Assembly (NCBI RefSeq): GCF_001412615.1
Contig: NZ_CP013011.1
Coordinates: forward strand, 60,001 to 92,000
DNA length: 32,000 nucleotides
DNA from: Pyrodictium delaneyi
Lineage (GTDB): Archaea > Thermoproteota > Thermoprotei_A > Sulfolobales > Pyrodictiaceae
Reading direction: 5' to 3'
The position numbers were made by a program, and so were the translations under genes. Under the pieces are notes generated by a model. The model worked only from the letters and a program-made list of their open reading frames with translations. It made no database searches and had not been told where the DNA came from. Of this stretch, positions 7,107-12,587 are shown in pieces (the stretch's first letter is position 1; the number at the start of each line of letters is the position of its first letter).

Positions 7107-7670
7107 ATGGGTAGGCATGTGTTGTACTCTATATTCTACCGCTGTGGTGATGGCCGGGAGCGGCTGCGTTGTGTGGACGAGGCGGGGTTCCGGCGGGCGC
7201 TGGCTGGTATCGCTGAGGCTGGCTGCCGGGTGGAGTTCATCCACGACGACGTGCTGCCGCGCGAGCCATGGCTCGCCGACTACGTGCTCGCGCTGCTACA
7301 CTATGCTGGTAGGCCGCTGAGGCTCTACCAGGTGGTGAGGCTGCTGAGCGTCTTCGCGATGCTGGCGGGGCTCGAGGACGAGCTAGAGGTCTATGACACC
7401 GGCAAGGGCCCCTGGAGCACCGAGGTAGAGACCACGGTGTACGAACTGGTGTACACCGGGTACCTGGAGTCCACGAAGCGGGGCTACGCGCTCACCGAGG
7501 CCAAGGGCGTCGACGAGGCACGCTGCGCGGCGGCGGTGATAGAGGCCTGGAGCAGCGACGAAGCCAAACTCCTCAAACGCCTAGCCGAGAAAACCAGGCG
7601 GATGAACAGGGCCCAGTTCAACGCGTTCATAGAGAAACTACGGCCAGTGAGGGCGGCCACCCATGTATGA
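7107..7670 (+). CDS. hypothetical protein with a wHTH-like central region
   Basis: In-frame ATG at 7107 of ORF 7068..7670 avoids overlap with the upstream gene. Central segment: YVLALLHYAGRPLRLYQVVRLLSVFAML...GPWSTEVETTVYELVYTGYLESTKRGYALTE. Confidence 0.5.
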   Translation: MGRHVLYSIFYRCGDGRERLRCVDEAGFRRALAGIAEAGCRVEFIHDDVLPREPWLADYVLALLHYAGRPLRLYQVVRLLSVFAMLAGLEDELEVYDTGKGPWSTEVETTVYELVYTGYLESTKRGYALTEAKGVDEARCAAAVIEAWSSDEAKLLKRLAEKTRRMNRAQFNAFIEKLRPVRAATHV

Positions 7671-7815
7671 GCTTGACCCCGAGGCCATGGAGATGGCGGT
7701 GTACTGGCTCTTCGACCACGAGCTCTGGGAGCTGCTCAGCGACATAGAAGCCGCCAAGCGCGACGCAGAATGGCTCAAGAAAATCCTCAGAAAGAGGGTG
7801 GCCGGGGATGGCTAG
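7663..7815 (+). CDS. 50-aa acidic helical protein (below the ORF-track cutoff)
   Basis: My own translation: MYELDPEAMEMAVYWLFDHELWELLSDIEAAKRDAEWLKKILRKRVAGDG. Its ATG overlaps the upstream stop (ATGTATGA) and its stop overlaps the next ATG. Confidence 0.4.
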   Translation: MYELDPEAMEMAVYWLFDHELWELLSDIEAAKRDAEWLKKILRKRVAGDG

Positions 7816-8008
7816 TCGTCTTGCACGTTTCTTGGGGCGTGTCCTCAGGCCCCTGGAGCTCCTTGGGGAGATAGAGCGCCGGGCCCGCTGCATACGCTGG
7901 GAGCAGGAGTGCCGTTTCTACGGCAAGAACTGCCTCGAGTATAAGCTCACATGCCACGATACAAAACCGCTGGGCCGGCTCCTGAGGGGGCTGCTCCGCA
8001 GAGGCTAG
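7808..8008 (+). CDS. 66-aa basic Cys-containing protein
   Basis: ORF coupled to the previous gene (ATGGCTAG overlap). Contains CIRWEQEC..C..C. Confidence 0.4.
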   Translation: MASRLARFLGRVLRPLELLGEIERRARCIRWEQECRFYGKNCLEYKLTCHDTKPLGRLLRGLLRRG

Positions 8009-8010
8009 AG

Positions 8011-8037
8011 TATATGTATATGTATATACTATATGTA
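8011..8037. repeat. AT-rich TATATG-type micro-repeat and palindrome at a convergent gene junction
   Basis: tatatgtatatgtatatactatatgta. It contains the palindromic gtatatac. It is a sharp AT island in a GC-rich element. Confidence 0.5.
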
Positions 8038-8940
8038 GCCCCACTCGCGGGCGATGTCCTCGAGCTCCAGCTCTTCCACCGCTTCTTTATCGTCGCTCTC
8101 GGCTATCTCCTCTAGCTCCTCTGCCGCCTTCTCCGCGAGCTCCTCTAGCTCCTTCTGTATCTTCTTGGTGCCCGCCTCTACGTATTTGTCGCGCATCCTC
8201 TTGTAGTCCAGGTATATCTCGTCCGGCAGGACTGCCATGAACCTGTACTCCCAGAGCGGCTCGGGCATCTTCCGGCGGTAGAAGAGCCACTCGAAGTCCT
8301 CGCTGTCGACTATGTAGCCCCTCGTCTTGCTTATCTTGACGAAGCACTTCTCGTGTGCCTCTGCCAGCTCCCTGTACGTCTTGCCCCGGTTGGCTTCTAT
8401 CAGCCTGCGGCACTCGGGGATGTCCCGGCGGGGTTTCACGTTCTCGACGCTGACGAGATCCACGAGGCTCAGCGACTCCCTTATGCCCTTGGCGAGCTTC
8501 CCGTAGCTGGTCGCCGTGAATATCATCGTGGAGACGTGGGTACGTATCACCTCTAGGTGCTCGACCACGGCCATCACGAACTTGGACTTGTAGCGGCCGC
8601 GGAACAGCCAGGCGCCAGCGTCGTCCCATATCGCGAGGGGTATCCTCTTGTGGTGGTCGACCAGCTCCTTGAAGACCCGGACGAACTCGGTCGGGCTGTA
8701 GAAGATGTACTTCTTCGCCGTGTCCCAGTCCCTGTAGACGCCCAGCAGGAGCTTGATAGCCAGCACGGACTTGCCTATCCCGCGCTTGAAGATGGCGTTG
8801 GGGTACGCGAATATCCCCCAGAGCAGCCCGTAGTCGTTCACGTAGCTCTCCCATATAACCTCTAGGTGCGGCATCTTCGCCGTATGCCTGTTTATGAACT
8901 CCTGCAGTGTTAGCTGTTTCTTGGCCTTCGCCAGGCTCAT
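8029..8940 (-). CDS. P-loop NTPase with an acidic C-terminal tail
   Basis: Walker A FKRGIGKSVLA and Walker B PLAIWDDAGAW. The tail reads EELEELAEKAAEELEEIAESDDKEAVEELELEDIAREWGYI. The alternative frame 8087..8854 is Arg/Gly junk. Confidence 0.75.
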   Translation of the reverse strand: MSLAKAKKQLTLQEFINRHTAKMPHLEVIWESYVNDYGLLWGIFAYPNAIFKRGIGKSVLAIKLLLGVYRDWDTAKKYIFYSPTEFVRVFKELVDHHKRIPLAIWDDAGAWLFRGRYKSKFVMAVVEHLEVIRTHVSTMIFTATSYGKLAKGIRESLSLVDLVSVENVKPRRDIPECRRLIEANRGKTYRELAEAHEKCFVKISKTRGYIVDSEDFEWLFYRRKMPEPLWEYRFMAVLPDEIYLDYKRMRDKYVEAGTKKIQKELEELAEKAAEELEEIAESDDKEAVEELELEDIAREWGYI

Positions 8941-8963
8941 TCTCCCAGCCCTACATAGCCGCC

Positions 8964-9350
8964 TTATTCTTCGCTCTCTTCGCCGTATATGATGCGCTTC
9001 ACAGGCTTCATCATGATTGGCGTCTGCGCCTGGCCCCTCGCAGCCCTCATCACGCTTATAATCTCCTTCAAGCGGCGGCGCCTGCGGCTAGCACGGAGTA
9101 TCAGCAGGTTCTCGGTCATGCTCCTCAGTATGGTGGGCTGCTGCCAGCCCATGTGCTGGCGGAGCATCTCGTCCACAGCCAGCAGCATCGCTATGCTCCG
9201 TATCTCGCCGTCCTTCAGGTCGCTCAGAGTGTACTTTGCTAGGCCCTCTGGCTCGACAAGCCGCTCAACCACGTAGTTCATAGCGCGGAACGGGTCGGGG
9301 CCCTCTCCGCCGCCCTTCCTCGCCTTCTGAATCTTATCCAAGAGCCTCAT
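8964..9350 (-). CDS. hypothetical protein (128 aa, basic RRRRR patch)
   Basis: ORF preceded by AGGTGGA. Its ATG overlaps the upstream stop (ATGA). Confidence 0.5.
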   Translation of the reverse strand: MRLLDKIQKARKGGGEGPDPFRAMNYVVERLVEPEGLAKYTLSDLKDGEIRSIAMLLAVDEMLRQHMGWQQPTILRSMTENLLILRASRRRRRLKEIISVMRAARGQAQTPIMMKPVKRIIYGEESEE

Positions 9351-9511
9351 GAGACATCCACCTGACGGGTAAGCCAGGTAACTGCGTATTTCGCTGTGAG
9401 TATCACCGTGATTGCGAGAGCGATAGTAACATCTTTCGTGAGTAGATAAGCCAGCATACCCATTGATGCTATAATCATCATAATCGCCAAAACTGCTAGA
9501 GTGCGGAACAT
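9347..9511 (-). CDS. 54-aa two-TM membrane protein (below the ORF-track cutoff)
   Basis: My own translation: MFRTLAVLAIMMIIASMGMLAYLLTKDVTIALAITVILTAKYAVTWLTRQVDVS. GGTGAGAG lies upstream. It is stop/start-coupled to 8964..9350. Confidence 0.5.
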   Translation of the reverse strand: MFRTLAVLAIMMIIASMGMLAYLLTKDVTIALAITVILTAKYAVTWLTRQVDVS

Positions 9512-9516
9512 GACTC

Positions 9517-10191
9517 TCACCCTGGCGTGTAGTTGCCGGGCGGCGGAAGCTCGTAGAGCGGCTTGCTCGGCAGCGTCACCTTGATGTCTATCGGCTTGGC
9601 TCCGATTTGGACTGGAACGCCCATGGCTGGCAGCACCACCAGGATGACTAGCACCGCGAGGCCCAGCCCCAGGAACATGCCGTACATCAGCAGGCTGTAG
9701 TCCTGTGCAACTACTCTTGCCACCTTGCTGAGCAGCTTGCTGTTGATTACCGCATAGCTCAACTCTGGTGGAAGCTGCCGCGCCTTAGCCCGCAGCGCCT
9801 CGCCGTCTACCTCGACTTCGAGGATGTTGCCCTCGCGGTCGGCTATCCACATGGGGACTAGGCGCTTGACCAGGTAGCGGCGTATCTCCACGTACTGCGG
9901 CCTAATCCCCCTCACGAGCCACGACTTCCCGCTCTTGTCCGAGACCGCCCAGCCGTCGCTCGTAATCCTCACAGTGTGCAGGACATAGTTGTTCTCGTCC
10001 ACCTGCTCAAGCACCCAGCCATGCCCGACCACTTTCTTCGCCGCCGTTATGCCCTGCTTCTCGGCCTCTTGCTCAGCCTCGGCTGTCTTCAGCCTGACTT
10101 CCCGCCTCATGCTCCAGAGCAGCAGCGCCAGGACTCCTATCGCGAGCGTGAGGGCGAATCCGGCTAGGCCTAGGATGGCCTCGAACTGCAT
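9517..10191 (-). CDS. bitopic membrane protein (N- and C-terminal TM segments with a soluble middle domain)
   Basis: TM segments ILGLAGFALTLAIGVLALLLW and LLMYGMFLGLGLAVLVILVVLPAM. GGTGAGAGG abuts the ATG. Confidence 0.6.
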   Translation of the reverse strand: MQFEAILGLAGFALTLAIGVLALLLWSMRREVRLKTAEAEQEAEKQGITAAKKVVGHGWVLEQVDENNYVLHTVRITSDGWAVSDKSGKSWLVRGIRPQYVEIRRYLVKRLVPMWIADREGNILEVEVDGEALRAKARQLPPELSYAVINSKLLSKVARVVAQDYSLLMYGMFLGLGLAVLVILVVLPAMGVPVQIGAKPIDIKVTLPSKPLYELPPPGNYTPG

Positions 10192-10201
10192 CCTCTCACC
10201 C

Positions 10202-10906
10202 CTAGACGGGCTTGATTATGTCTACTATGAGCTTCACGATTTCGGCCACGGTCTTGAACAGCTTCTCGAACATCCGGTAGATACGCTCGAAGAAATCGAG
10301 CCACATGGTTATGAAGCCGAGCAGCGGGAACAGCGACCGCTCCCTCGCGGCGCGGTTAGCGCTGTCCACGAACGTTGCTAGTATCATCGTCAGCACTATC
10401 CAGGGTATCCACGGTATGATGTTCACGCCCCAGGCCTTTATGGTTGCAAACGCCCACACAACTATCTCGACGAACGACGTTAGTGCTGCTATCAGGGCGG
10501 CGCCTATGTTGAAGATGAGCCAGCCTAGGTTGAATATCAACTGTAGGATGTAGCTGCCGAACACGTCCAGGAACTTGACCACGGCGCCGATTATCGGCAC
10601 GGCTTCTATCTTGTCCTTTATCCAATTCCAGAGGGATTTGGCCCCCTCTTGCACCTTGCAGCCTATGTAGCCGAATACGTCCCAGCTCAGCCAGCTGTCT
10701 GGCGGCTGGCAGCCAGTAGTGTTCGTGAAGTTGAAGCTCTGCACGAACTCGCGGAACGGTGTTGTATTATCGCTGTATATCGGGTTCTGGGCACCGGTAA
10801 CATTGTAGAGTATCTCTATCGGGTTGGGCGGAGTAGTCATGTTCCAAGTAGTGGTCTGCCCCACTAGCAGCAAAGAAACAATGAGCAGGGGCAGCAGCCG
10901 GCGCAC
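10202..10906 (-). CDS. secreted, glycosylated polytopic membrane protein
   Basis: Signal-like N-terminus MRRLLPLLIVSLLLVG followed by QTTT. Sequons NMT, NVT, NTT, NFT and NTT, then 3-4 hydrophobic helices. AGGTGGTG precedes the GTG start. Confidence 0.6.
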   Translation of the reverse strand: MRRLLPLLIVSLLLVGQTTTWNMTTPPNPIEILYNVTGAQNPIYSDNTTPFREFVQSFNFTNTTGCQPPDSWLSWDVFGYIGCKVQEGAKSLWNWIKDKIEAVPIIGAVVKFLDVFGSYILQLIFNLGWLIFNIGAALIAALTSFVEIVVWAFATIKAWGVNIIPWIPWIVLTMILATFVDSANRAARERSLFPLLGFITMWLDFFERIYRMFEKLFKTVAEIVKLIVDIIKPV

Positions 10907-10916
10907 GGTGCACCAC

Positions 10917-11198
10917 CTAGGCGGGCTTCTTCTCGACTAGGTATATCTCGACGGGTATCGGGCTGTACGCCTTCACCCAGTTCTTGTAGAGCTGGAACGC
11001 CTCGTCCCTGGCGATTCCCTCTAGTTCTACTTCGGCCCTCTTCGCGTGGTCGCCGTAGACTTCCTTCGAGGCCGAGATGAACTGGAGTGTGCGGTGTGCT
11101 GCGAAGAGCCAGATTTTGAGTCGGCCGCGGATTGCTATCGTTTTCCTACGCAGCGTTTTGCCGTCACCGTTGTATATCTTGACGATTATCTTGGGCAT
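10917..11198 (-). CDS. hypothetical soluble protein (93 aa)
   Basis: Internal ATG at 11198, preceded by GGGGTGA, gives MPKIIVKIYNGDGKTLRRK... The upstream part of tracked ORF 10917..11459 is H/R/G-rich and overlaps the neighbouring gene. Confidence 0.5.
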   Translation of the reverse strand: MPKIIVKIYNGDGKTLRRKTIAIRGRLKIWLFAAHRTLQFISASKEVYGDHAKRAEVELEGIARDEAFQLYKNWVKAYSPIPVEIYLVEKKPA

Positions 11199-11215
11199 GC
11201 CCGTCACCCCGAGCT

Positions 11216-11452
11216 CTAGATTATCGCCTTCCCGAGGCGGTAGAGCAGCCACCCCGCTATCACCCCGAGAACCACCATCCAGACCGTGTTGGCGTCTATG
11301 CTCAGCGTGTAGTGGTGCTCCGGAGTCAAGGTTACCGTCGTGGTTACGGTTACGGTGGTCATGTTCGTGGTGTTGGTGTCGGTCTGGGCGAGGGACAGGA
11401 GAGCCACCACCGGGGCTATCCGGGGGATACGTAGGCGCCACAGCTGCAACAC
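11216..11452 (-). CDS. small secreted Thr-rich, C-terminally anchored protein (78 aa)
   Basis: GTG at 11452 (GGTG upstream) gives VLQLWRLRIPRIAPVVALLSLA-QTDTNTTNMTTVTVTTTVTLT...VWMVVLGVIAGWLLYRLGKAII. It has the same architecture as the three plus-strand paralogs. Confidence 0.5.
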   Translation of the reverse strand: MLQLWRLRIPRIAPVVALLSLAQTDTNTTNMTTVTVTTTVTLTPEHHYTLSIDANTVWMVVLGVIAGWLLYRLGKAII

Positions 11453-11511
11453 CCAGCACCGATTGTAACTAGGAGCCCCGGCTCTGACTAAACTATTGTG
11501 GCGTGATGCAC

Positions 11512-11530
11512 CTACATCACAGTGATGTAG
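11512..11530. promoter_or_regulatory. perfect 19-bp palindrome between the two divergent structural operons (candidate operator)
   Basis: ctacatcac-a-gtgatgtag. It is flanked by A/T-rich boxes (aatagttta on the minus strand at about 11487-11495, and catatctaatt at about 11548-11558). Confidence 0.45.
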
Positions 11531-11603
11531 CAACAACACTTAGCAGCCCATATCTAATTCCTGCTGCAACAACTGTTACACGACAGAGCGTGAGGTGTGA
11601 GAG

Positions 11604-11849
11604 GTGCGCATCCTATCCCGGCTCAAGGAGAAGATAGACGAGAAGAAGATAGCCAGGAAGATAGCCGAGCACCCCGAGGCAGTGGCGGCTCTAACCCTCG
11701 TGGCTCAGACAACTACAAACGACACCGCAACCACGACAACAACTGTAGACCTAAGCCCGATGGTCAGCATAATCAGCAGCGTCATCCCGCTATTCGTGCT
11801 AGTAGCAGTCATAAAGATACTCTTCAAGAGCTTCAAGGACGTAGCATAG
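11604..11849 (+). CDS. small membrane protein, paralog 1 (candidate virion structural protein)
   Basis: GAGGTG lies 6 nt before the GTG start. A charged amphipathic N-terminus is followed by AVAALTLVA-QTTTNDTATTTTT, the TM segment MVSIISSVIPLFVLVAVIKILF, and KSFKDVA. Confidence 0.65.
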   Translation: MRILSRLKEKIDEKKIARKIAEHPEAVAALTLVAQTTTNDTATTTTTVDLSPMVSIISSVIPLFVLVAVIKILFKSFKDVA

Positions 11850-11864
11850 CGGGGCTGAGCAGTA

Positions 11865-12071
11865 ATGGCCAGCATCAACCGAATCAAGGAGAGAGTAAAG
11901 AGCCTGGCCAGCAGGCTGGGCCCGCCTGCCGCCGGCGCCGCCGTCCTAGTCGCGCAGACCGACAGCATGACAACCACAATATCTCTGGTAAACAGTGTCA
12001 TCCCGGTGCTAGTGCTGGTGATGGTTCTGAAGTTACTGTTCTCCAGCTTCAAGGAGATAAGCAAGGACTAG
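11865..12071 (+). CDS. small membrane protein, paralog 2
   Basis: MASINRIKERVKSLASRLG..AAVLVA-QTDSMTTT..VIPVLVLVMVLKLLFSSFKEISKD. Same layout as paralog 1. Confidence 0.65.
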   Translation: MASINRIKERVKSLASRLGPPAAGAAVLVAQTDSMTTTISLVNSVIPVLVLVMVLKLLFSSFKEISKD

Positions 12072-12082
12072 GGGTGGGACAC

Positions 12083-12292
12083 GTGTTCAAGCAGCTCAAG
12101 GAGAGACTGAGGGCGGGTTTTCGCAGGGCGGCCCCAGCCGCCGCAGCGGCCCTAGCACTGGCGCAGACGAGCACTTCAACATCTGGCTACGACGCAGTCG
12201 GCACGGTAGTCACTATGCTCATAGCCGTGGCGCTGCCAGCGCTGATACTCGTCAGCATCGTAAAGATGATTATGAACCATATACGCGCCTAG
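12083..12292 (+). CDS. small membrane protein, paralog 3 (GTG at 12083 or 12074)
   Basis: This is the 3' end of tracked ORF 11597..12292. VFKQLKERLRAGFRRAAPAAAAALALA-QTSTSTSG..VVTMLIAVALPALILVSIVKMIMNHIRA. GGGGTGG lies upstream. Confidence 0.6.
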   Translation: MFKQLKERLRAGFRRAAPAAAAALALAQTSTSTSGYDAVGTVVTMLIAVALPALILVSIVKMIMNHIRA

Positions 12293-12474
12293 CGCCACTC
12301 GTAGCAGCGATAGCGTTCACGGCGCAGAGCGCAGTAGAGACAGTCATAGACGTAAACCAGCAGGTCGCGGCGCTCATAGGGGCGCTCACGGTCTTCCTGC
12401 CGGTCGCCATACCTGCCATCATACTGCTGACTCTGCTGAAGATACTCTTCAGCGCCATGAAGCCAACGAGGTGA
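12292..12474 (+). other. start-less fourth copy of the small membrane-protein unit (pseudogene, recoded, or unconventional start)
   Basis: The frame open from 12061 to TGA at 12472-12474 encodes ..APLVAAIAFTA-QSAVETVIDVNQQVAALIGALTVFLPVAIPAIILLTLLKILFSAMKPTR. It shares the 13-nt string aagatactcttca with paralog 1 (11814-11826 vs 12439-12451). There is no ATG, GTG or TTG until 6 codons before the stop. Confidence 0.4.
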
Positions 12475-12479
12475 CCCGC

Positions 12480-12587
12480 ATGGGGTTTTTCGAGCCCCTT
12501 CTCCTCGGCGCCCTGGTCTACATGGTTATCCTGTTCTCGATGGTGATGCGGGTTGGCGGTGAGGATGAGGAGTCTGGCGGTGGCTAG
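12480..12587 (+). CDS. possible 35-aa TM peptide
   Basis: My own translation: MGFFEPLLLGALVYMVILFSMVMRVGGEDEESGGG. It overlaps the start of the large glycoprotein gene. Support is weak. Confidence 0.25.
   Translation: MGFFEPLLLGALVYMVILFSMVMRVGGEDEESGGG

Noticed and set aside
8087-8854. 255-aa ORF in another frame of the NTPase gene. Similar long alternative-frame ORFs lie at 5400..5849, 6199..6789, 8557..8865, 10356..10625, 14236..14631 and 16541..16840.
   Set aside because: They are Arg/Gly/Pro/His-rich with low-complexity composition and have no motifs. They are fully embedded in better-supported genes. This is the expected by-product of high GC content.
8029-9350. Interpreting the 128-aa protein plus the NTPase as small and large terminase subunits, because KRGIGKS resembles the terminase GGRGSGKS P-loop.
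   Set aside because: The NTPase is only 303 aa and I saw no nuclease domain. The surrounding genes encode membrane proteins rather than a head-tail module.
11597-12292. 231-aa ORF spanning the whole small-protein array.
   Set aside because: Only its last ~70 codons (from GTG 12083) look like protein, and these are paralog 3. The upstream part is Arg/Gly/Ser-rich and overlaps paralogs 1 and 2, which have SD boxes and a coherent TM architecture in another frame.
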